Assembly: GCA_031400935.1 (NCBI GenBank) | Contig: JANNQV010000028.1 | Span: 124,001-188,000 of the forward strand | Direction: 5' to 3' | From: Armatimonadota bacterium | GTDB taxonomy: Bacteria > Armatimonadota > Fimbriimonadia > Fimbriimonadales > Fimbriimonadaceae | Length of the DNA stretch: 64,000 bases | Part shown: piece by piece, positions 1 through 8,887 of the stretch | Numbering within the stretch: position 1 is the stretch's first letter | Layout of the letters: every line of letters begins with the position of its first letter | Position numbers and translations under genes: made by a program | The notes under the pieces: model-generated | What the model saw: the letters and a program-made list of their open reading frames with translations, nothing else | What the model was told of the DNA's origin: nothing | Database searches by the model: none

Positions 1-2
1 CC

Positions 3-1202
3 GAGGTTCCGACTGATTGGCTGAGAACCGGCCTGTGGCAAGTTCGCTTGACAGTAGAAGGCTCAAAGTGGCTTTGGAACTACAACAAGGCGAGAGGGCT
101 TGGCAAATTTGGAACGAATCCACTAACGCCGATTGTAAAAATAAAGCCCGAAGATGCAACTGAATGGGAGGCTTGGATTGACGCCAAAGTCGCTTGGGAT
201 CGCATTGCGGCACTAGAAGAGGCAAGCCGGCTGAACCAGACTGTGATTCCGGGATTCGTCGTTCCAAAAGTCAATGAAACTACTGATCCTGGTGAACCAC
301 CTGCTGGTTTGCTTGAGCTTGTGAGCAATCCCCCGGTTTTTGCCGAAGTTGTAGTCCCACTGCAGCACACGATTCGGTTTGAGGACGGCTCAGAAGTTCG
401 ATACCAAGATAACCCGAAAATGCCGGTTCGCTATGCGTACTACCGATTCGAAAGGGGAGTGATGTCGGGGGGCGTAAAGGTCCGAACTATGCCCGAATGG
501 ACTCTGGACAAGCTGTTTCGTGAGGCTGGGGTCAACGACAGCGACCGGAACGTCATGGCGGCGGTTTCGCTCTTGGAGGGCGGGTTCGACTCTGTGAACA
601 CGTACGACACAGGCTTTGTCTCAGTGGGGCTGATCCAGTTTGCGAGCCTGAAAGAAGGCGGCGGTTCGTTGGGGCGACTGCTAAAACGGATGAAGACCCG
701 CTCACCCGAAGATTTCGCTCGGTTTTTTACCATTTTTGGTATTGAAGTGTCTGATGACTCCAAACTGGTCGCCTTGGACCATGCAACAGGGGCAGACCTT
801 ACGGGTGCTGACGCCAACGCAAAGATCATTGAAGACAAGCGACTCATCGCAGTCTTTCAACATGCAGGGCTTCGCAGTGATTCGTTTCAAATGGAGCAAA
901 TCCGTAGCGCATACGCCGATTATTATCCCGGAAACGACGTGATAGAAATAACCCTAAGCGGGCGTCAACTTAGGATGAAGGTCAGCGATTTCATAAGAAG
1001 CGAAGCCGGAATGGCGACGCTTATGGATCGCAAAGTGAATACCGGCACGCTTGATCCTTTGTCTTTTGTTCTAATCACGCTTGCACAAGAGAAGTGGGTC
1101 TCGTCAGTGAATGAATTTGCCAAGATTGAGCGAGAGATCATCGTCCGCATGAAGTTCCGTCGTGACTTTCTGGCTGACAAAAACTTGACTCAACCAAAAT
1201 AA
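3..1202 (+). CDS. Hypothetical protein with probable lysozyme-like (peptidoglycan hydrolase) C-terminal domain; 5' truncated by the window
   Basis: Frame is open from base 3. Motif SLLEGGFDSVNTYDTGFVSVGLIQF resembles the Glu...SxGxxQF signature of the lysozyme fold. Confidence 0.6.
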   Translation, partial: EVPTDWLRTGLWQVRLTVEGSKWLWNYNKARGLGKFGTNPLTPIVKIKPEDATEWEAWIDAKVAWDRIAALEEASRLNQTVIPGFVVPKVNETTDPGEPPAGLLELVSNPPVFAEVVVPLQHTIRFEDGSEVRYQDNPKMPVRYAYYRFERGVMSGGVKVRTMPEWTLDKLFREAGVNDSDRNVMAAVSLLEGGFDSVNTYDTGFVSVGLIQFASLKEGGGSLGRLLKRMKTRSPEDFARFFTIFGIEVSDDSKLVALDHATGADLTGADANAKIIEDKRLIAVFQHAGLRSDSFQMEQIRSAYADYYPGNDVIEITLSGRQLRMKVSDFIRSEAGMATLMDRKVNTGTLDPLSFVLITLAQEKWVSSVNEFAKIEREIIVRMKFRRDFLADKNLTQPK

Positions 1203-1240
1203 TTCACGCAACTCAGTCAATTAGCTAGTGCAAGATCGCG

Positions 1241-2044
1241 CTAAGACGTCGCCCGAACTTTTCTCTGAAAATCAGCAATCGTTGTCCGCCCACTCACCCG
1301 GACTCTTGGAAGCATCAGCATGTCTTCTTCGGGCGTTACGACCCCACCGCCTTTCTTCCATCCGGCAACGTATCCAGCGATCTTTGCCCGCTCCTTCACA
1401 AAGTCGTTGTAGCAGCCAGCCGGATAGGCGACAGAAGTAACCCGGTCTTGAATTTTGAATTCGATCAATCGCTTGGATTCGGCAAGTTCGTAGTCCAGAG
1501 TTGCCTGATCAAGAGAAGTCAAGTCGTAGTGATGGATTGTATGAGATCCGTAGCCAAACCCCGCTTTTTCTCTCATTTCCAAAACATCGTTCCAACTTAA
1601 ACGGTCAGGTCTGCCAAAGTTGTTTGTTACAAGGAAAACAGTTGCGGGCACTTTGTATCTGAGAAGAATCGGAAATGCCCGTTCAAAGTTGTCCTTGTAG
1701 CCATCATCTAGTGTGATGCAAACAGCCTTTTCTGGAAGCTCGCGCCCTTCTTGGACTGCGCGTTCTACCTCGCTTGCAAGAAGAACAGAATATCCATTTT
1801 CAACTAAGAATTTGACTTGCTGCTCAAAGTCCGCCGGGCTTACTGTCAGATCGCAAAGCAACGGGCTTCTTTGCTCCTTTTCGTCAAGTTCGTCAATTCG
1901 GTGATACATGAGCACGGGGACTGCGAACTGCTTCGTGACCGCTACAAGCTTCTTTGTTGGAGCTTCGACACGTTTTCCCTCAACAGGCTCAAATTTGCAA
2001 CCAATTCCGAGGCTCAGAACTAACAAGACGGCATAGAATCTCAT
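1241..2044 (-). CDS. Polysaccharide deacetylase (NodB/CE4), probable lipoprotein
   Basis: PVLMYH, ITLDDGY, GSHTIHH and AYPAG motifs; lipobox-like LSLGIGC after ATG 2044. Confidence 0.9.
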   Translation of the reverse strand: MRFYAVLLVLSLGIGCKFEPVEGKRVEAPTKKLVAVTKQFAVPVLMYHRIDELDEKEQRSPLLCDLTVSPADFEQQVKFLVENGYSVLLASEVERAVQEGRELPEKAVCITLDDGYKDNFERAFPILLRYKVPATVFLVTNNFGRPDRLSWNDVLEMREKAGFGYGSHTIHHYDLTSLDQATLDYELAESKRLIEFKIQDRVTSVAYPAGCYNDFVKERAKIAGYVAGWKKGGGVVTPEEDMLMLPRVRVSGRTTIADFQRKVRATS

Positions 2045-2157
2045 GGTTATGGGTTGCAACGAGCAAATCTTTGCTTGCGTTCCCATTTTGATTGCACCGT
2101 GGAATACAGAATAGAATTATTCGCGTTCGAAGCCATATCCCAAAGGTATCCTTAGCC

Positions 2158-3231
2158 GTGCTCGCTGCTATAGCCATCGCCATGATCTTTGAACCTGCTG
2201 ATTACAAGAAGTGGGGATGCGAAACGCTGAACCAGATCCGCCGCGAACTCTACCTGCCCAAGCAAAAACTGTATTCAGAAATGGGAGGCGAAAAGAAAGT
2301 AGTCGCCTTCAATTGGCCAGCGGGAGTGATGCTTTCTGCGCTCACGGCAGGGGCGAAAGTCGAACCCAAATACAAACCCTGGCTTAGGGAATACGCCGAT
2401 GCTTGCGAGGCCTATTGGAACACCGATGGCACAGTTGCAGGATACAGCGTTCTACCGAAACAGAAGCCAAGCGATCGCTTTTACGATGACAACGCTTGGA
2501 TGTGCCTGGCGCTTATCGAAACTTCGGAAGTCTTAGGAGATAAGACATACCTAGCCTGGGCAGAAGCCGCTTTCAGGTTCGTTTGGAGCGGCTGGGACGA
2601 CAAACTTGGAGGCGGAATCTATTGGCGAGAGCGAGAAAAGAAAAGCAAGAATTGCTGCTCGAACGCGCCGAGTGCAGTATGTGCTTTCCGATTGTATCAA
2701 CTGACCCAGAAACAAGAATATCTAAAAAAGGCAGAGGACATCGCGGCATTCACCTGGACGAATTTCTATGATGCAGAAACTGGCCTCCTTTCGGACAATA
2801 AGAACTTGAGCGGAAAGGTGGACATAACGAAGTGGTCTTACAACACCGCTCTGATGATCCGTTATTACATGGAACGAGCGAACGCTACGAGTCATCTGGA
2901 AGCGGATGCCTGTAACCAGACTGCGAAGAAGCTAGCGAATGCGGCAGTTTTGCATTGGATGAAGGGCGATACAATTGCTGATGATGCCGCATTTTCTCAT
3001 TTGCTTTTTGAGGCATTAGTTCTGTTCAATCGCTCAGCCAAAGACGCCGATCTCACTTTGAAACTGAATCTTGCCCTCACAACTTTGCACAATCGCAATC
3101 GAGATGCAAACGGACATTATGGGAAGCGATGGGAGACGGTGCAAACGACGCCGTACCAGCAGTTCCGGCTCATTGATCAAGCCAGCGCCGCGAGAGCGTT
3201 CTTTTTGATGGCAGGGCGAGCCAGCGAGTAA
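2158..3231 (+). CDS. Glycoside hydrolase family 76 protein
   Basis: FYDDNAW motif, GGGIYW, SKNCCSN, WSYN. GTG 2158 chosen as start because a TATCCT box lies 5 nt upstream. Confidence 0.85.
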   Translation: MLAAIAIAMIFEPADYKKWGCETLNQIRRELYLPKQKLYSEMGGEKKVVAFNWPAGVMLSALTAGAKVEPKYKPWLREYADACEAYWNTDGTVAGYSVLPKQKPSDRFYDDNAWMCLALIETSEVLGDKTYLAWAEAAFRFVWSGWDDKLGGGIYWREREKKSKNCCSNAPSAVCAFRLYQLTQKQEYLKKAEDIAAFTWTNFYDAETGLLSDNKNLSGKVDITKWSYNTALMIRYYMERANATSHLEADACNQTAKKLANAAVLHWMKGDTIADDAAFSHLLFEALVLFNRSAKDADLTLKLNLALTTLHNRNRDANGHYGKRWETVQTTPYQQFRLIDQASAARAFFLMAGRASE

Positions 3232-3246
3232 AGCTGCGACACAAAA

Positions 3247-4131
3247 CTAAGACTTGTGCCGCTGCTCAGAATCCTCTTGATCGGAATGATGAGGATGGCT
3301 CAATTCCTCTCGTGCCTGAGCATCATACCGAAGCTGTTCCAGCACAGATTGCATCGCCGTAGTCGAAGAAAACTGCTCCGTAAGCGTTGCGGGGCCACCG
3401 GCGAGAGCTTCGACGCGATCCGCCATTTCTGTTAGGTTTAGTATGTCGCGCTCGATTTGCTTTTTCAGCGCGGCAGAACTTTCTGGCGTTCGCTCCAGAA
3501 CGGCAATTTGGTTGAAAATCGAGATCATCGCCTCATCGGCAGCCGCTTGTGCGGCTGGCACAATTCGTTCGATAGCCGCGTTTCCTGAGCGTTTATTGGC
3601 TTTGTACACGCCGCTTGCCCGGTTGAACTGAGCGGCGGCGCGATCCACCAGCTCAAAAGCCTCGGGGCGTAGCATTTGTGAAGATGTTTTTCGGCCAAAG
3701 ATGGCTCCAAGGCTGAGATGCTCCATCCATTGATTCCACTGGTTGGCGCCTGGCGAAAACCGATTTTGATCAAACTGCCATCCGATGTGGCTCATGATTC
3801 GGTACACCAATTGAATGGCATCGCGAGTGAGCTTAACCTCCGATTTGGGGAGAATGCGGCTCTTCATTCGCACGTAAACAGTCACGACGCCAAGAACTAG
3901 GCCTATAGTTAAGGAAATTGGGCTCAGAATTTGGAACACTCGCGCGCTCGGGTCATCCCAAACTTGCCCGACTATCGTAAAGCCGATTCCGAGGCAGGTC
4001 TGCACTACGGAGTTGATGAGCAGCGCCAGATTGCCGCCTCGCCAGCCTCCAATAAAGCCGAGCAGCGCGATTCCCCGATCCCAAAGAAACCGGTCAAGGG
4101 AGGATGGCTCAGAAACAACTGGCTTATTCAC
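3247..4131 (-). CDS. Hypothetical membrane protein (two TM segments plus helical C-terminus)
   Basis: 294-aa ORF with two hydrophobic stretches; no family recognised. Confidence 0.7.
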   Translation of the reverse strand: MNKPVVSEPSSLDRFLWDRGIALLGFIGGWRGGNLALLINSVVQTCLGIGFTIVGQVWDDPSARVFQILSPISLTIGLVLGVVTVYVRMKSRILPKSEVKLTRDAIQLVYRIMSHIGWQFDQNRFSPGANQWNQWMEHLSLGAIFGRKTSSQMLRPEAFELVDRAAAQFNRASGVYKANKRSGNAAIERIVPAAQAAADEAMISIFNQIAVLERTPESSAALKKQIERDILNLTEMADRVEALAGGPATLTEQFSSTTAMQSVLEQLRYDAQAREELSHPHHSDQEDSEQRHKS

Positions 4132-4284
4132 GATTGGTATTGTTTACGATTTGAGTGTTCGTTTGGGTTGCAGGTGACGAGGGATCGGGAGTGGGTCGCA
4201 ACATCAAAAATTCGGCATCAATTGCCGTCGCACCCTTCGCCCTGAACTCCAACTTTTCACCTCATGTCCTGCCACCCGTCCGCT

Positions 4285-4650
4285 CTAAGCAACTCGCAAA
4301 ATCTTCTCCATCTTACGTCCTTTCGCCAATTCGTCCACCAACTTGTCTAAATACCTTGCTTGTTTAGTTGTGGGGTTTTCAATTTCTTCTATTCTATAAC
4401 CACAAATTACTCCTGTTATGAGATGAGCGTTTGGGTTTAATTTTGCCTTCTTAAAGAACGTTTCAAATGTTGCTTTCTCATCAATGAGTTTTTGCAGTTT
4501 TTTGTCATCAAAACCTGTCAACCACTCTATGACTTGATGCAATTCTTCCTTTGACCTGCCTTTGCTCTCAACTTTTGTGATGTAGTGCGGATAAACGGAA
4601 GCAAACATCATTTTTGCTATACGTTCATTGTGTTCGGGTGTTATTTTCAT
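4285..4650 (-). CDS. DUF2200 family protein
   Basis: MMFASVYPHY..KVE.KGR, WLTG, ITGVICGYRIEEI, RYLDKLVDELAKG; locally AT-rich. Confidence 0.9.
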   Translation of the reverse strand: MKITPEHNERIAKMMFASVYPHYITKVESKGRSKEELHQVIEWLTGFDDKKLQKLIDEKATFETFFKKAKLNPNAHLITGVICGYRIEEIENPTTKQARYLDKLVDELAKGRKMEKILRVA

Positions 4651-4746
4651 ACCTTATGTTTTAGTGATTATCTCTCAGTATAGTTTGAAATTACTTAATA
4701 GTTGCGATCCCCCGACCTCCACAGCAGGTGAACTTGGTAGATATCC

Positions 4747-4950
4747 GGGTGGCACGGTCTTAAGTTTCGACCTCAAGAATTGGCAGTGATTGACAATGTG
4801 CCGGTCGAAACTTAGGCCGTGAACTTCCAATTGCATTTACTTGATAACTGACTGACAGTTTCCACTTGTGGTCTACCATGGCCTTTCATTGCTCAACCAA
4901 TGCCACAGTAATTTCAATTCGTGACCAAGGAATGTAAGACCATGCCACCC
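4747..4950. repeat. REP/MITE-like element bounded by 16-bp inverted repeats, with an internal hairpin
   Basis: gggtggcacggtctta (4747-4762) vs taagaccatgccaccc (4935-4950), one mismatch; inner IR 4753-4772 / 4803-4821. Confidence 0.7.
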
Positions 4951-5054
4951 TTCTTTGCAAATTTTTGGCTGAAGTCCTGCCACCCGTCGCAGGTCGAATT
5001 GCGGCTGTTTCCCTAATTAGACTCGTTATACGGTCCAGTAGTTAACCCCTGGGT

Positions 5055-5309
5055 CTATTCAGGCGGCTTGGGCTTCGAAGAAAGCCTTACAATGCCAGTG
5101 ACAAACAGCACAAGGCCAAGTGGAACCAGGCAAATTCCAGAGACGAAGCCCAGATAGACCGCCCCAAAGAAAACAGATTCTCCACCAGGCTGCACAGAGT
5201 GTCCGGTGGAGATAACCAGAATGGGTAAGCAGAGGAAAGGAATAGCGCCAATGACAATCCCAGTCACAATGAGAGCAGTGGCGCCTTTCCTCCTTTCATC
5301 ATCATTCAT
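5055..5309 (-). CDS. Small two-TM membrane protein
   Basis: 84-aa ORF with two hydrophobic helices; TACAAT 6 nt before the ATG. Confidence 0.7.
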   Translation of the reverse strand: MNDDERRKGATALIVTGIVIGAIPFLCLPILVISTGHSVQPGGESVFFGAVYLGFVSGICLVPLGLVLFVTGIVRLSSKPKPPE

Positions 5310-5345
5310 GGCGAGATTGTACTGGGGATGGCGGCGTGTCGCTTA

Positions 5346-5681
5346 TCAAATGTTTGATGGGGCAATCCCATTTAGCAGCTGAACATCAAAAACCAAAACA
5401 GCATCAGGCGGTATGCCTGCCGGTGGCACTCCACTGCTTCCGTAGCACAATTATGGCCCTGCCTTGAATTTCCGTCGTCCGCCGAACCGCATTCCTTCGA
5501 TTCCATAGTTCAATCCGGCGATTGTATTCCGGTCGCCTAACACCGCTTGATATTGAACTCCGGATTGGATAAGGTCGCCGTGGTTTAAGTATAAGTCGTA
5601 CTGAATTTCAATTCGGTCCCCGGTTTTAACTTCGTCACCCGACCCCACAATGTCTTCCAATATTCTAATTCCGGGTTTCAT
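5346..5681 (-). pseudogene. FKBP-type peptidyl-prolyl isomerase interrupted by an in-frame TAA
   Basis: IAGLNYGIEGMRFGGRR..AGP*LCYGSSGVPPAGIPPDAVLVFDVQLL: FKBP homology continues in frame past the stop at 5451-5453 to TGA at 5346. Confidence 0.85.
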
Positions 5682-5800
5682 CCGATGAGTATTTCCTTCT
5701 ATGGCAAGTATGTCTGCTTGACTGCGCGGGTGCCACGGTCAAACGACGAAGGAGATTGGCCGTGCTCGTTTTCCGACTACAAATGCTTCAATGAGCACTG

Positions 5801-6028
5801 TCATGTTCGTACCTCACATGGCAGTGGCACCCAGCTTCTGGAACTTCCAGGATATCCAGCCCACCCGTCGCCATCAAATTCGAACAACGACAATTTGAGA
5901 TTGTTGAAGGCCATCTCTGACGTGCATTTAGCACTAACATGAAACTCTACCGAACACTCGGTTGAGCCTTCAGTCTGATGCATCAACGGTAAATTTGATA
6001 CTCGAACGAAATCCAGTGGAGACTTCAT
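5801..6028 (-). CDS. Hypothetical small protein or gene fragment
   Basis: 75-aa ORF co-oriented with its neighbours; no motif. Confidence 0.35.
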   Translation of the reverse strand: MKSPLDFVRVSNLPLMHQTEGSTECSVEFHVSAKCTSEMAFNNLKLSLFEFDGDGWAGYPGSSRSWVPLPCEVRT

Positions 6029-6109
6029 TTTAAACTGAGATTCTGCGACATTGAGGTTAATGCATCAAAGTCTACACCCTTCTCCCTTGATCGGAGAGAA
6101 TGGAAGTCC

Positions 6110-7306
6110 CTAGTCCCCTGTCATCTCGACCGTCCCAGGTGGGAGGGCGACCTTCTTCTGCCAACTCTTCCAGTATTCAGGATCTTCGATCTCGAGTGCG
6201 GCGGCGGTGAGGCGGAGCGGGCGGTAGGTATCGAGCATGACCGCAAGCTCTTCGGTTCGGGTTGCCGTCATCGAAGCTTCAACCGCGCCAGGCTGCGGGC
6301 CGTGCGGAATCCCGAGCGGATGCAATGTGATCGAGCCTTCTTCGATCCCTTTTCTCGAGCCGAATTTATCGTTGCAATAATAAAGCACTTCATCTGAATC
6401 CACATTCGAGTGGTTATAGGGCACTTTGATCGCGTCGGGATAATAGTCGAGCATTCTCGGGCAGAACGAACAGATCACAAACCCTTGGCCCTGAAAAGTC
6501 TGGTGGATCGGCGGCGGCATGTGGATAGCGCCAGTGATCGGCTGGAAGTCCATGATGTTGAAAGTGTACGGATAGCAATAGCCATCCCACCCCACGATAT
6601 CTAGCACGTTGAACGGATAGGTGTACAGCGTGTGCCGGAACCGCGTGCGGATCATGACTTTGGTTTCTTCGGCTTTGTCAATCACCTTAAGTTCAGTTGG
6701 CGGATGGAAATCGCGCTCTTTGTACGGCGCGTGCTCTAGGCATTGACCGTATTCGTTGCGATACCTGCGCGGAATGGACACCGGCCCATAGCTGACGATG
6801 GCGAGCATGTGGACGTTCAGTTGGTCGAAATTGAGCTTGTAATACGTTCCTTTCGGGATGACAATGTAGTCGCCCTTTTTGAAATTGAGCGTGCCGAACA
6901 TCGAATCCATCGTGCCGGTGCCATCGTGCATGTAGAGGATTTCATCGCCATCGGAATTCTTGTAAAACCACTGCATCTGCTGCGCGACGTAAACCTGGTT
7001 CCATTCGCAATCGCCATTGCCCATTAGGCAGATTCGTCCGGTTACGGCGCAGCCTTTTGGCGCAGCGCGCTTTGTTTTTAGGTGGCGGTGGCGAAGCGGT
7101 TCGTCTTCCAGGAATTCGGGTTTGATGCTTCCGAAATCTTCCCATGAGCTGACCAACGTAGGCAGATTGATGTGGTAGAGCGTGGACATCGGGCCGCTGA
7201 AGCCTTCGGTTCCAAAAAGCTCTTCGGCGTACATTCCGCCGTCTGGTTTTCGGAATGCGATGTGATGTTTTTTTGGGACTTTTCCAAGTGTGTGGTATCG
7301 GGGCAT
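6110..7306 (-). CDS. hmgA: Homogentisate 1,2-dioxygenase
   Basis: EELFGTEGF, NSDGDE, DIVGWDG, IHMPPPIHQTF, PYNHSNVDSDE, TLHPLGIPHGP. Confidence 0.93.
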   Translation of the reverse strand: MPRYHTLGKVPKKHHIAFRKPDGGMYAEELFGTEGFSGPMSTLYHINLPTLVSSWEDFGSIKPEFLEDEPLRHRHLKTKRAAPKGCAVTGRICLMGNGDCEWNQVYVAQQMQWFYKNSDGDEILYMHDGTGTMDSMFGTLNFKKGDYIVIPKGTYYKLNFDQLNVHMLAIVSYGPVSIPRRYRNEYGQCLEHAPYKERDFHPPTELKVIDKAEETKVMIRTRFRHTLYTYPFNVLDIVGWDGYCYPYTFNIMDFQPITGAIHMPPPIHQTFQGQGFVICSFCPRMLDYYPDAIKVPYNHSNVDSDEVLYYCNDKFGSRKGIEEGSITLHPLGIPHGPQPGAVEASMTATRTEELAVMLDTYRPLRLTAAALEIEDPEYWKSWQKKVALPPGTVEMTGD

Positions 7307-7360
7307 TGTTCGTGCAGTTTACAATGCCGGGTTTGAAGAGTGCTGTGTTGGGATTTTGTT

Positions 7361-7547
7361 TCTCGCAAAGGCGCAAGGTTCGCAAACGGGAGGCGTTTAG
7401 TTTCACGAAGGGGCCGCGAAGGTTCGCTAACATTAGTTTTTTTTCTCGCAAAGGCGCAAAGTTCGCAAACGGGAGGCGTTTAGTTTCACGCGAGGGCCGC
7501 AGAGGTACGCAGAGCGCTCTTTGCGAGCTTTGCGCCTTTGCGAGAGT
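7361..7547. repeat. CGCAAAGGCGCAAAG-type REP-like cluster: 83-bp tandem duplication plus an inverted copy
   Basis: tctcgcaaaggcgcaa(g/a)gttcgcaaacgggaggcgtttagtttcacg at 7361 and 7444; ctttgcgcctttgcgaga near 7530-7546. Confidence 0.85.
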
Positions 7548-7605
7548 TAGTTACTCTCAATTCGCGGAGCTAAATCTAATGTTAATCAGAATCTGTGGTT
7601 GAAGC

Positions 7606-7678
7606 GGCTCCGCGGACCGGGATGCGGAGCATTGGCTCAGGAAATTGCAAATTTCGCGTTCGAGTGGCTCCGCGCTCC
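7606..7678. repeat. Palindromic repeat, copy 1 (ggctccgcggaccgggatgcggagc...agtggctccgcgctcc)
   Basis: Identical 25-bp and 16-bp blocks recur at 8298-8371. Confidence 0.85.
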
Positions 7679-7697
7679 ATTTGTGTATCCTTAGCGA

Positions 7698-8243
7698 ATG
7701 TATCGTTGGATGCGAACTGGGCATAAATGGATTGGCATTTGCATTGCCCTGATTTTGTGCTCGATAGCCGTTACTGGCTTTCTTCTAGCAACCAAAGGGA
7801 CGTTCGGCTGGATTCGGCCACCGGAAGCAAAGGCAAGCGAAAAGCGGGCGGACACTCTTGCAAATGCCGTTTCGCTGGAAACGGTCTTAGGTTCTGTATT
7901 GGCTCTAAACCTGGCAGAAATCAAGGATGTTGGCGATATTGACCGAATTGATTACCGCCCGAAATCGCATATCTACAAAGTGGTGAGCAAGGAAGGCTAC
8001 AAGGAAGTGCAAGTGGATGCGGCAACTGGAAAAGTTCTTCAAGTCGCAATTCGAAACGACCAGCTTGCCGAAGATATTCATGACTTGTCCTTTTTTGGAA
8101 ATGCGATCAAGGATTTTGGGTTACCTGTCGTTGCTGTTGGGCTGCTCTTGATGGCTGTTTCGGGGATAACAATTTTCTTTGTGCCCGTTGTGCGTAGAGC
8201 CAAATTTCGCAAATCGGGCAAGATGCCTAAAAATTTGCCCTAG
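7698..8243 (+). CDS. PepSY-associated TM helix domain protein
   Basis: HKWIG..ILCSIAVTGFLL, EVQVDAATGKVL, EDIHDLSF, C-terminal TM segment. Confidence 0.85.
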   Translation: MYRWMRTGHKWIGICIALILCSIAVTGFLLATKGTFGWIRPPEAKASEKRADTLANAVSLETVLGSVLALNLAEIKDVGDIDRIDYRPKSHIYKVVSKEGYKEVQVDAATGKVLQVAIRNDQLAEDIHDLSFFGNAIKDFGLPVVAVGLLLMAVSGITIFFVPVVRRAKFRKSGKMPKNLP

Positions 8244-8297
8244 TATTCTCCATTCGCGAAGCTAGAGGTTCGATCTTTGACATTCTTGCGTGTGAGG

Positions 8298-8371
8298 GGC
8301 TCCGCGGACCGGGATGCGGAGCTTTGCCTGAAACGATTGGTATGAAAATCCTGTTAGTGGCTCCGCGCTCC
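8298..8371. repeat. Palindromic repeat, copy 2
   Basis: Direct repeat of 7606-7678 with a divergent spacer. Confidence 0.85.
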
Positions 8372-8435
8372 TGAAGCTTTGCGCACCTTTGCGTCCTTCG
8401 AATGAAACTTTCAAGAACAAATACGATTTTCACCC

Positions 8436-8463
8436 TAAGGAATTGAGGAAGATGTGCCGTTAT
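8436..8463 (+). promoter_or_regulatory. Putative sigma-28 (FliA/SigD) promoter of flgM
   Basis: TAAG-N16-GCCGTTAT vs consensus TAAA-N15/16-GCCGATAW. Confidence 0.6.
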
Positions 8464-8475
8464 TCATATCAGAGA

Positions 8476-8559
8476 CATTGTCTCGGATAGAAAAAGGCAC
8501 GACGGGGGCGACCCCGATCACGCAAAGCCAACGGGTGTTTTGATTTTCGGTTACCAATG
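8476..8559 (+). ncRNA. Candidate c-di-GMP-I (GEMM-I) riboswitch, variant with short P3
   Basis: AAAAAGGCA-C-GACGGGG-GCGA-CCCCGATC-ACGCAAAGCC...GGTTACC; possible P1 CATTG/CAATG. Confidence 0.6.
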
Positions 8560-8596
8560 ATGAATCAAAAGATGGCCGGGTTGCCTGTCGGAAGGA

Positions 8597-8884
8597 ATGG
8601 AAAAAACCATGCAAGTATCCGACATTGAAATACAAAAAATTCTGACGCATCGCGTCGAGATCATCGCAGAAATTGATTCCCTGATGGAAGGGATCAATGA
8701 GCCTGAATTCGCAATCCCTGACGAATTGGTTCAAGCTATCACCAAAAGGGTCATTGAAATGCCAGATCGTCAAGATCGTATTGATGAATTGAAGTCCAAG
8801 ATTGATTCGGGACAATACAACCCAAGTTCAGCCGAGATCGTAGATTCTATGATCCGGCGAACGATTGCCGATTCAGTCCGCTAG
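8597..8884 (+). CDS. flgM: Anti-sigma-28 factor FlgM family
   Basis: C-terminal DRQDRIDELKSKIDSGQYNPSSAEIVDSMI matches the FlgM motif; 95 aa; next to motAB. Confidence 0.8.
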   Translation: MEKTMQVSDIEIQKILTHRVEIIAEIDSLMEGINEPEFAIPDELVQAITKRVIEMPDRQDRIDELKSKIDSGQYNPSSAEIVDSMIRRTIADSVR

Positions 8885-8887
8885 TCT

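Noticed and set aside
5005..5035. attC-like TAAC motifs after small genes (also near 42990 and 43770)
   Set aside because: No matching GTTRRRY partner or hairpin found, and no integrase.
6942..7602. ORFs of 169, 96 and 115 aa around the hmgA start
   Set aside because: They overlap hmgA or translate the CGCAAAG repeats.
7361..8371. Possible CRISPR array
   Set aside because: Only two copies of each repeat, no regular unique spacers and no cas genes.
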